Below, in pieces: positions 51,941 to 64,000 of a DNA stretch of 64,000 nt. The translations under genes were made by a program, and so were the position numbers. Source of the DNA: Chrysomallon squamiferum (Eukaryota; Animalia; Mollusca). The notes under the pieces were generated by a model that saw nothing but the letters and a program-made list of their open reading frames with translations, made no database searches and was not told where the DNA came from. Numbering within the stretch: position 1 is the first letter of the stretch; every line of letters starts with the position of its first letter. The stretch is taken from assembly GCA_012295275.1 (NCBI GenBank), contig CM022671.1, forward strand, positions 434,001 to 498,000, given 5' to 3'.

Positions 51941-54900
51941 CCACACACACACACACACACAAAAGCACAAAAATCTTCATGTATGACACAATCCATACAG
52001 AACCTATTGCACCTAGTTGAAAAATGATTTGTTTTGTTAAAAACAACTTTTAAAACACTTCTCAAAACACACACAATGTCTGAGTGTAGCTGTTCAGACT
52101 TGCTAAGTCAGTCATATTTATACACAGACTTGAATTTCTTTGATATGTAAATGAATTTAATACCCCCTGCATGAAATACAAACAGATCCTGGTGCATGCA
52201 TTTCAAAATATAAATAATATTCTCTATCAGAGCACTGAAGTCTCAGTAAAAATAATTTTAAAGATTTAAAATATATTATTATCTATGTTTATCATCATGA
52301 AATGAAATTTGAAGCCACTTGTACATCAGTAATTAAACCAGTGAATTTGTGAAGTCTTAGCGACATAAAACAATTGGTTTTCCTTCAGCTATTAAAAAGT
52401 AATTGCTGCAATTCAAGATTTTATTTGTCAGAAATCAAAATATATCATCATGCATGAATAATCACCAAAACAAAATTTGTTTGTGCATGTTCAGTCTTAA
52501 CTGATCATTAGTGATGAAAAATGTAAGTTCAAATTGCTAAAGGTACGAAAGTAGTAAAGATAGTTATTTTATAAAAATGATTGGAATATTTTCAATTTCC
52601 AAAATGTTTTTGGCATTCTAATATGACTTTCAGTAGCATCATCCTGATTAAGCCATAATCATTTTTCAACCCCTTCAATACAGAACATATAGTTTTTATT
52701 TAATGATGGATGAATAGCAATAAAATGTATGTCGATTATCATTCCAGAGAAACTTTTTAAAGAAAAGTTAATGGAACTTAAGCTCACTATCTCTCTGTCT
52801 TCATGAGTTTTTATAAGCCTTGATCAAACAACAACAGCAAGGTATGAAACTCAAACCATGACACTAAGCCTAAAATGACTGATTTATAATAACTGTCAGA
52901 GGTGCAAGAAAGTTCCTAGTTTTCCTTCGACTCTCAAAAGACAAATTACTACAACCCAACCTAAACTTACCACACTTGATAATTACTAAATCTCCAGCCC
53001 TTCACACCAACCCCAGGTATATTTATTTATTTATTCTGTTCTAGTGTATGAAAGATGCAGCAAGTCCAAACTGCTATGCACACTGCACAATCATAATTAA
53101 CAAACCAAACCATTTTCTTCAGGTTTGGCATCTTGGACAAAAAAACAAACAACAAAAAAACAAAACAGAATGATACAAAAACAAAACACAAACATGCATT
53201 ATACACAAAAAAGACACCAAAAAATACTGCAAAACTTAAATAACAAAAAAGTTTTTATAAAAAAAAGCTGACAAGAAAAACATTTATCAGAGCTTTAAAT
53301 ATCAAGTAAATGCCAGTGATAAGTGATCTCTCCTTTTTCATCAATGGCGTTTTTTTTAATAGTTTTTTTAAAAACTCCTCCTATTTTGTTCTGCTAACAA
53401 TTGGCAATATGTCTCCATGTTGTTTTTTCTTCAAAACACCTTTGATTATATATATGTACATGAATTCAAACAGACTGAAAGAGAGAGAAAAACAAAAAGC
53501 ATGAATTAATTGTCTGTGTGAATCCGTTTCCACAAAACCATTTAACCAAGCCCAGCATTAATAACACAATGTAGGTTTCTTAAATATTTTATTTTATGAA
53601 ATTTCATACCTTAGTTAAGAAGTATTTTACTTCTTAAGTTTTTCTCTTTCAAATACACATGTATTTACTATTTATTATATTAATAAATAAAGATATTTAG
53701 AATAAGAACAAAACACTGAAATTGTCACAAATCTCCAAGAATACAAAAGTTACATCTGCAGACCATGTAAGATACCATAGCAGCATGACATCTTTTTGCA
53801 TTGTTTCATATGAGTCAATTATGCCAATGAAACTTCAGTAAGAAACAACACAACTGTAAACGTCGGTAAATATAATTTATATTGAACAATAAACAGTGAA
53901 AAGAACAAAGAGTAACTGAGAAATTTTTATAAATAACTTGATTATCAATTCAGACTAGAATATTTTTTAATACAAAATTTCAACCAAACAATTTATGATT
54001 CATTTTACAATTCTATTAAATAAAAATGGAATCTTCTAAAATTTCATTTTTTTTTTTTTTTTTTTTTTTTAAATATGAATATTTAGTAACAATAATACAG
54101 AATTCTTTAAATATAAACAAATGTATATTTGTCTCTATTAACATATATAATGAAAATGAGAAGGATTTCAACAGATGTTTTTAAAAAATATTTCGACCAC
54201 TGCCCATCAGATACCATCTGCCTTTAATGGTCATCAACTGGTCCAGTGGCAAACAAGAGAACAGTTATAATGTGGACATCTATTCACATGCAAAACACAT
54301 CCCCATATTTTCATCAGTAAAATATATAAATTAATACTTTTCTTAATTTTACCAAACCTAAAAAAAAAAAAAAACATAATAAAATAAAATAAAAATAAAC
54401 TATTTATAATTAGATATTTCTTTTTAAAAAAAAACATTTTGGGGTATTAAATGCAACCTATTTGTTCAGTATTATTCATAAATCAGTAAAATTATTTAAG
54501 TACAATTAATATTTCATATTTTCTATAAATGTATTATAATCAGAAATTTATTTAAATATCAGTAGCCAAACTGTCAAAATAAAAACTGAAATTAAATGTT
54601 GCTAAATCTGTTTACAATGTGTACAACATAAAATTGTTTTTGTAAGTTAAATGATTGCTTGTGAACATAAGCAGCAGAAAAAATAAATTATTATCTTTCT
54701 TTTTAAGTATGTAACAGATATTAAACGTTTTACATAAAAATATTCTCCAAATGAGTAAGTACACATATTTTAGGCCAACAGTTATTTTTTAAACATAAAT
54801 CAATTTTAAATGAAAATCTATAAATAAAACTCAAAACAAAGTGTTGTTTTCTCTCTCTCTCCTATTCTCATGTATAATATATAAATGTTTATGACCTGTG

Positions 54901-57364
54901 ACATTTGAATATTCAAATGCTCGTAATCAGACTTATATCTTTATCAAGAGGTAATATGTAAGAATAATGAAAGTTCCTGTCCTAGACACAGTGTTCTATG
55001 TTTTTCAAAATGAAATATTTCTTTTTTAACCTGAAATTTTGATTCTTTATGTTCCAGATCTTTCTCATTTGCAGGTTTTTGTAAAAATTAGGACATTGCC
55101 AATAATAATCTGTATGATTTTATTTTAATAATCATCAACTTATAAAATACCTATTACTTGTAATCAGTACAGTCAATATTAAAATGTATCATTCATGTAC
55201 AACATATGTATGATATAGATAGTTTTTAACACTTATTACTGTTGGTATTAAATGGTTCATCATATGCATCAAAGCATGTCAAAATCAACCAAACCTGATG
55301 CATCTGTGATACATATAACAATGCAGTTCACGGACATTGGTAAACCAAATGATGAAGACTTTAATAGTGGATCATTCAACATTGTATCCTTTTAGTACAG
55401 AAAATGTTAATGAACAGATTTTTCAGGGACAACCACTTTTTAATTATTTATTATTTTTTATTTAATGTGAAACAATTCCAGACCAATCTAATCCAAATCT
55501 CTTTTTGATAGCACATACTAAGCTAAAATAAATGTAGATAATCTCATTAAAATACATACAAATCTTTTAATTAAATAACGTTTATGGAATTATTTTTGTT
55601 ATAATTTTTCTCTCTCTTCTCCAAATCATCAAAAGATGAAGAAAATGCATAGAAGTAATAAGATAATTTTGTTTATAATTAAAATAATTTTGTAGTTACT
55701 AAAAGAAAAATCAAAGATTTTATTCATTTGTTTTATATTAACATATTTTTTTTTGACTGTATTCTATTATTATTCCTTTAAATTCAAAACTGAATTCAAA
55801 TATATTTAACAAGACAATATAATTAAAAAAACAACAACAATAATATATAGATAGATAAATAAATAGTAATATCACACAGACAGGTTTTTACTGTGACTTG
55901 ATCTAGCAGCCCTAGGCTCCAGCTCTCTGTGACAAGTCTGGAAACTACATCAGATCACTGTTCATTTTAACAACTTACATCTTCAGAGCAGAAAAAATAC
56001 TTTAAAAAATGAAATAAGACATTCACACATAAGTAATAGCACATACTTTTAAAGATAAATAAGTACACGAAACATACAACATGATAGTCATCATATGCAC
56101 ACACTCACACATGCACACATATACAACCAAACATACAGTTGTGTGTGTGTATGTATATGTATGTATATACACATACACACAACACACACACATATACACA
56201 CATATATAGATATATATATATATATGGGTCCAGCCCCACATCGTATAATCCTAAAATTAAATTAATAATATTTGTTAATTATATTAAAACACTGAACAGC
56301 TGTGGCTAACTATGGGCAGGGCAATCAGTACACAAAACTATATCAGTTTTCTTCTTGTGATCCAGTGAATGACTCAGGACCAAAGAGAAATGAAAAAAAA
56401 AATAACAAATTCCACATCACCATTCCAACTTAGTCACTGAGAACAAACAGGCCAAAAATGCACAGTCTCTGTTTTTTGAAGAAAAAAAGAACCCAGGCAT
56501 CATGGCCCTCTTCAAAATGACACTGTCCTACTTGTTGAGATTTAAATTCATAAGCTTAAACCTGGCTGAAAAGCATTCAGCCATTTATTTTTTTGTGACA
56601 GTTGAAATCGTGAAAGACTGTGAAATGCATCCCACTAAGATGATTCGAAACTTTTAAATCACATAAGATTCTTGTGCCAATTCAATATTTTATCAGTTTC
56701 AATTTTGAACATTTTAAAAAGTTATTGTTATACTTTTTTTTAATTATTATTTGTCATCATCTCGAGAAAAAGGAAGTACAACAATTCCCCCAATTACAAT
56801 ATGAAGAATATATTTTTTGTCACACATAGGAAAACAACAATACATTTTGGAAACAGTGTGGAGATCTAGTGTGAAGAAACAAAAGTTAATAAAAATACAA
56901 ACAGTCTTCTAGCTGACAAAACTTCTCTGTAAACAACTGATTTTCTATAACAGCACAGCAGAGGTTATTTCCCCTGAACACGTATTCCTTTCAACGAAAC
57001 ATCTGAATCTTGTATATAAATTATATATATCAGGTTTGTCACAATTGTTTCAGAATCTCTATGTGCTTTCCATTATTCCACATTTCAACCTTTTTTTATT
57101 TCATAAATAACAAGCTGAATTTTCACAAGTGTTGTTCTAGTCAACATTGAACACACTACCTGAGTCAAGGAATTTAACATCCGTATCAGTTTCTAAAATC
57201 TTTTTTTTTTTTCAATTTTTCAAAACAATTATTATAAACCTTTTTTTTGGTTGTTTTATTTTTTTCGTTTTTTTTTTCTTGTTTTTTTTATCTTGCATTT
57301 GGAGTACAGCTAGGTTTTTGTTTTTCTATGCTTCTAGTAAGAACAACATTACAAGTTTTGATAA

Positions 57365-57807
57365 TTAGCTCCCATTGCTATTCCGATGTTCAAGGGGTGA
57401 TCGCAAGTTTTCATTGGATGGGCTGTTCATGAGATCAGAGCCATAAAGCTTGCTCGCCTTCTTATTCATAGTAGCCATCTTTTCTGTTGACATTTTGAAA
57501 GCATCGATTATTTCATCTTTCCACTGGGTAATGAGTATTCGATCCTAAAATTTTAAAATAATGTATAAAATTAAATGAATAAACAAAAAGAAAATAATTA
57601 ATAAATCAGAGGTGAGAGCAATCCATGCTTTTCTGAAATATGTTAGAAAGGAATTGTCCCCAGTGTTTAAATGGTTAAGAAACACAGAAATAAAATTTCA
57701 GAGTAAAATAAATTAGCAGTCCTGGTGAATATAATTTTTGACTTATGCAGAAATTAAACTGTGTAAATATATGCAAACAAAAGCAATAGCTGATATCAAA
57801 CTGTAAC

Positions 57808-57868
<61 letters not shown>

Positions 57869-58932
57869 TGAATAAATGATGATGATGGTGATAGATATCT
57901 TGATCAATAAATTTATTCTTGTTACAGTACACTTTCTTGAATCCTCCTCAAACATTTTGAGGTGAAAACTCTAGTGACAGTATAATAGGTGATTCTTACC
58001 GGTGAGGTAATTGTTATTTTTTGATCATTCTTAAGAACCATAACAATGCAGTTTTCTGTCTTGTTGATCTTTTGGAATTCTGGATACACCTCTTTGATGT
58101 CAAACATAGAAAATAGCTGAAACAATAAGAAAACAATGAAAAGTAAAAATAATTTAAGAAAAACAAAACAAAAACAACCAATAACTTGTATGAATGTTGA
58201 TATTAATTTGCTTGTCTGGCGATGTTTTCTGTTTTTTGTTCACATGCTAGATGGAATGTGATCAGAGTCTTACAGACAAATGGATATGGAAGTGACAGAA
58301 TATAACTCAAAGCACACTGCACATTCTTCATGCCTCAAAACATTTCACTGCAATATCAGATAAATGAAATCACTGGAAATTAACCATAAACAGACTATAT
58401 CATTTATCTGTAAAAACAACACAAAATAAAACTTGTAATAGATATACGTTGAACTCAGTTTTCCTGTAGTTTGGTAGATGTTGTTAAGTGAATATTATAT
58501 CAGTTGTGACATAAAAACAGGACTGGTTAGTGTTTATCATTAAAATTAAATTAAGTAATTAGCAAAAGTAGAGATATTTTTAGGGTAATGGGTACATTTC
58601 ATGTGATTTGGGAATGGCTTCTTTTTTCAACATTTCTTCTTAATTACCTCAACTTGTTTTCCTCTTGTCACCTGCCCATCTCGAGTTTTGTGGTAGAACT
58701 CTAATCTGTTAGGATAAAGCATGAGATGTTTCTTTTGCCAGGTTTGCAAGAACGGTCCTCCCAACTTCAGCACTTCACCTTCTACAATGCAGTCTGTGGC
58801 CCCAACTGAAGCAAACAAGTACAGGACAACACATTAGAGACAAATCTACACACAGCGAAATGAACTTTTTATCAACACATACACATACACAGAAACTTGC
58901 ATTTAACATTAACACACACATATACACACACA

Positions 58933-58987
<55 letters not shown>

Positions 58988-61564
58988 AAACTATACTAAG
59001 CAGAACTTGAACAATCTATATGTAGAAAAATGTATTAAAGATAGCATTAAAAATATTTGAAATGTATCCAACAATATCAATAAAGATAAATGTACTCAAG
59101 GCAAAGAGGCTTAACCAAATCTTGTGTTTATGTCTGTTTTTCTTGTTTGATCATTTGTTTGTGTTTGTGTGCATGCATAACTTACACCATTCAAACTAAA
59201 CAGTTCAAGTTCAAGTTAAATACACACTGCTGTATTGTAACAGTATACTGTAAGCGGATTACATCAAATTTTCAAAAGATTCATTAACTAAACTAAATTT
59301 AATCAATGTCAGCCTGCTCTGACCAAGTACAATTTTTTTATTAAAAGATATTCTGACATTAGTAAAATGCAAACTAAAGAAAAAAAATTATACAAATTTG
59401 AACTAAATAATGTCTCACTGAAAAATAATAAAAATATTCATTAATATCTAGGTTTTTCCAGGCTAAGCTAAAACTCTCTGGGAAGCTACACAGAAAAAGA
59501 GTTTTTAAACATTTTAAGTTACTAAGGGTTCTACTTTGTTATTAAATAAGCTATGGCAGCTCTGTAAATGACACCTATAATATACAACAGTGGGCATTTC
59601 TGAAAGGGCAGTAAAGATAATTATTTTCCTGATGCTTTTTTCTTTCTCTCGCTGTGCTCTGAAAATCTAAATTCTTTACTGTGTTATGAAGTGGCAGAAA
59701 ATGATGAAAGAGATTCAAAGGTAAGAGAAATGCTGATAGTAACAAAACTATGAATTCTCGTAACAAACCATTGTCAAGTTCATCTATCTTCGGCTTCTGT
59801 TTTCTCTTCTGTTCTATTTTGTCGGTATCGGCGTTGACAGCATCAAACACTGTTTCTGCGACTTCTTGTTGCCAGCGCTCGGAGACAACCAGTGGGAAGT
59901 TCTGATACAGCTCCTGATCAGCTTCCAGCAACTGGTAATAAAAAATCATCATTTTATATTCATATAAATACAACACACCATATTAACACCACAGGAACAA
60001 TGAATTTGAATAAACATGGGCTTATTATGAGGAAGTAAGAGAAATGATTAGCCAGTAATGTTAATTCTGTCAGTGATCCTAGAGAACTGTATGTCAAAGA
60101 TTTAATCACAATTTAACTGAAAGTGGAAGACAAGGAGATGTTAATCTGACTCATCCATGTCACTCTATGACCAACTTTATTATATAAATTACAACATGGT
60201 GTTTTGGATTCTTATAAAAAATATTAAATTTTTGTTGTGCTGAACTATTTTTATTTATTTTTTTTTTTTTTTTCCTACACATCCACAATGTGTGATTCTG
60301 CCTCTAACACTTTTATTTTATAATTTTGAAGTTAAGCTGAAGTTCATTAAATTTTAACTGTATGATTTCTGACTATTGAATCACAATACATCTGGCTTCA
60401 CAAGTCTAGGAATTAGGTGACAAAACATGTAAAAGAAGAAGAAGAAAAAAAAAAAAAAACAGAGAAAAAAGGTGTAACTTAATGCTGAAAAGCTGAAGAC
60501 CAATTTCTTTTAATTACGTAACATAATGTTTGCTTTATGCTTTACTAATAATACCACCGAGCAATTACAATGCATTAACAAGATCACGGTGATATTTAAT
60601 GGATGCTAAGAAGATTAGTTGCCATGGAAACCAAATCTGGGTAGGTCACTGCATGAATGTTTTTGTCACAGTAATTGCCAGGAAAATCATCCAGATTGCA
60701 GCTTCATTTTTAATGATTTGGTATTTACTCTGTGTTTTTTCATATATTCACTTGATTTTAATTCAATCCACAGGATTTACTTAACACTGACTAAAAACTT
60801 GGAAAAGTGCAATTTGGCTTTATGCTATAGCCTGAGCAGTTTGTATAAAATGCTATTAATCATAATTATCTGCACCCATGTATATTTCTACTTTTTTCAG
60901 TCTGATTAATGGGTTCCAAGTATAGCCTGTCAACTACGAGATATTCTACACTGAAATTCTGTTACGTGATACATTTGCCCCACACAATTAGCTTAAAAAA
61001 TATCTTTCCATAAAATGTTTTCTTAAAAAGCCATAAATAACTGCATTTTATTTGCTAATCAAAAAAGCTACAAATTTCTAACCAGTTACATTTTGTTTAC
61101 CAAACTGTGCAAAGAGATCAAATTTTTTAAATATTACAAAACAAATTCCTGCCATTTGTATACATTCAGTTTTCAGTGTGTAAAGAAAAAAAGATACCAT
61201 CTGATCATCTACCAGCCATGAAGCCTAATTTTCTTTTTACCCAGATTGATTACTAGATCAGCAGGCAGTATCTTTAAATAATATATAAATATATAAATAT
61301 ATTATAATCCGACAAAATCAACTGCTATTTCTGTGAAATGAATTGTTTATGCTGCTTGCAATGCAAACTAGTGAGTAATAAAAGTAACCTTGATTCCTTT
61401 CGTGTCCTCTTCGTCAAATGAGCCAATGTCAAAGGCGTCGGCAGCATTGACTTCACCCTTCGGTGGAATCAACGGTGGCGTGTACTTCTGACGGTAGACT
61501 TGGCCCCAGTCAATTCCTTTGAAATATGGGTGTTCCTTTACCTCTTGAGCTCTATAAAAAAATT

Positions 61565-61596
<32 letters not shown>

Positions 61597-62129
61597 AAAC
61601 AAACAAACAAACAAATAAATAAATAAATATATAAATAAATAAATAAAGGGATATATTGTTACTAAATTCTGACACAAATATGTTTTCATGTGTATTTCCT
61701 AAATCAGTAGTGTATGATAAAACTGGCCAAGATTTACAAACAAACCTAAGCTCTATACACTCAAATTTTACCTGGTAAGTTAAAAAGCCCAGAATTCTTA
61801 TTATTTAAAATTATACTGATTTTCTCTTTAATTTACATATTTCCTTGTTTTACTGAATATATACTTATATTTTACTTTTTGATCATTTCTTCATTACTCT
61901 TTCACACAATTTCACCAAGGAAGCCAAGTTAACACCAGACTGGCTCACTGTAATAGGTTTTCAAAAACCTGCTGAATAATTTATACATTTCCAGTAAAAG
62001 CAATTAAAGTAACAACATCCAGTCTTACCCTCTTCCCTTGCAGCCAAGCCTCTCCTCCACATCTCGCTTGAGCAGGCCTTCCAGTAATCCCCTCATTTCT
62101 GGAGACATGGAGTCCGGCAACTCAACATT
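57365..62129 (-). CDS. GRK2: G protein-coupled receptor kinase, GRK2/3 (beta-adrenergic receptor kinase) subfamily; last six coding exons, 5' part beyond the window
   Basis: Exons 62129-62029 ([34 protein letters not shown]), 61551-61389 ([30 protein letters not shown]), 59931-59769 ([20 protein letters not shown]), 58805-58648 (PH domain [34 protein letters not shown]), 58116-58000 and 57544-57365 (..QWKDEI..RNSNGS*). All GT..AG with compatible phases. Confidence 0.95.
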
Positions 62130-64000
62130 CTGTGAAAAACAATAATTAAAACCTATAAATAAAGAGAACAATTCAGTGAAAAAAGCAAAAAAAAGGTTTT
62201 TTAAAAAACAAATAATGAAAAAGTTCTTGGTTATTAAGGAAACTAGGTTGTGTGGGAAAATGAGTTAAAATGCAGGTCAAGCTGATCTGGACTAGATAAA
62301 ACGTCACTGATGTTTGTTTTATTGCTGGATGAGGAACTGAATAAGTTTCTTTTCAGCCGAGTCAGATGGAACTTTCTTCATCACCCGTGCTCAAAGCATC
62401 AAGCTTTCAGTAAATTATTTCCCTCTTCTAATAGCATCGCTTAAACATCAATATTTGTGACATGTTTTGAAGCAATCTGATTTCTCAATACAATCATTGT
62501 GCATAAAAGGAAAAACAGAATTAGAAAAAAATAAAATAAAAGAAACTGATACAAAAACAAGACATTTTATTATCATTTTCTTTTTTTACGCCAGGCAACT
62601 GATTGTGGTTTAAAAGAACAAATCTGAAAGCAATCCAATAATAATGAAGCCAGGGTGCGAATCATAAGGACGGCAATTTTGCTGGCTTTCTTGATTTCTT
62701 GCAATCTGAAATGCAAATACAAGGATGTTGAAGATTGGAAAGAAAGGAAAACACTCATTTGAAAAATAATATGAGATTTTGTAAAATTATTAAGGATAGA
62801 AATAATTACATAAACAGTAAGATGAAAATTAGCTGCTATGTTATGAGCTGTATTCTTCAAAGCAGAATTGCTGATTTTGTTGCCCAAAAAGATTTTCAGT
62901 CAGATAACAGATAATTCAGACTGGAATTAAAACATCTTTTTATCAGCTTAAATAATCACTATAATATATGTGCAAAAATGAAATTAATCAAAACCGCTAT
63001 TATGAAATACTAGAAAAATCTAAATTCTGGTGTTTTGGGGAATTTATTTTTTCCTGTTTATTAAAAACTGAATGCTGTGACAGCTTCTTTGTTAACAAGA
63101 TAAAATAAAATAAAATTACCAGAAATAAACTACAACAAAATGAAGTATGGATGTGTTATTTACTATAAGAAAGGATTGCTGTGACAAAATATATAACAAA
63201 ACATATCTGATTATCAGAAACATTTTTTCTTTATATTTAATAAAAACTAGTAGTATTTGTGTGTGTTATTAATGTATAAATGTATGAATGCTTTTAAAAG
63301 CCTACAGAATATGTTATTTTACAGATGTGTTTACATTTAAGTAGTTTTCATGTGTATATACATATGTGTCTATCCTCTCTTTCTTTCTCACTCTTTTCTT
63401 CTTTCCTTCCCCCTTTCCTCTTACTTTCCCACATGTATGTGTGAGAAAGAAAGAAAAAGAAAACAGAGAGAAAGAGATAGAAACCAAAAGAATCTGTATA
63501 ATGCTAAACATTTTTTTATAAACAGCTAAAAGATGACAAATAAATGTGTGCTTTTGCTATTAATAGTATACATGTCTACTGTACTACTGTATGAATACTT
63601 TTGCTTATTTGATAAAGATCGATATATCATGTTTCCGTGTGGCTATCATGTAATTTTAAGTCTGCTTCTAGGTATAAAAGATATTTTTGCAAGAAAATTT
63701 AGAGTATCTAATAATGATCATGCATATGTGTTTATCCATTTATATGCATGCTTATGTAAGTGTATTTTCTCATCTAGACATTCTAGCTACAAATACAGTG
63801 CTATTAGCAGTGAGCTAATCTATTCTACTTATGTAACATGCTTCTACTCACAACAGGACTAAAGCATGCACAAGATACAAAGAGTTAACAATCTTCTAGA
63901 AAAAAATATTTATCACTGTATTATTTTTCTCAAATACCTAACAGTAATAATCCTAGAAGTTAGAATGAAAATGTATTGTTCATTAATGCTTTAATAAACT

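Noticed and set aside
62573-63862. ORFs near the right end as further GRK exons
   Set aside because: No kinase-like motifs; treated as intron sequence.

Overview
AT-rich, microsatellite-dense eukaryotic DNA with spliceosomal introns; an invertebrate, plausibly a mollusc (inference). Left to right: (1) a five-exon minus-strand gene (3020-8440) encoding a ~346-aa signal peptide + CUB domain + transmembrane protein whose tail ends in an IRS-1-like YMxM motif; (2) head-to-head with it, an ~8-kb higher-order tandem array (~3.2 x ~2.5 kb) made of ten copies of a ~380-bp module. The module looks like the promoter/first non-coding exon of the next gene and carries kB-, GAS-, AP-1/CRE- and ISRE-like motifs; (3) two tandem paralogues (17986-23173 and 29514-34696) of a ~1727-aa DEAH-box RNA helicase-RRM/KH-RBR ubiquitin ligase fusion with a single coding exon. 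Each is broken by different homopolymer indels. They sit in a segmental duplication that also copied two CUB exons; (4) a three-coding-exon minus-strand gene for an uncharacterised ~559-aa Pro/Ser-rich protein with internal repeats; (5) the last six exons of a GRK2/3-type (beta-adrenergic receptor kinase) gene. Two Tc1/mariner/pogo-type MITEs are also visible. The best candidate for a little-described system is the duplicated helicase-RBR locus with its amplified promoter module, read as a possible inducible RNA sensor/ubiquitin effector. All function calls come from manual motif reading; no searches were run.
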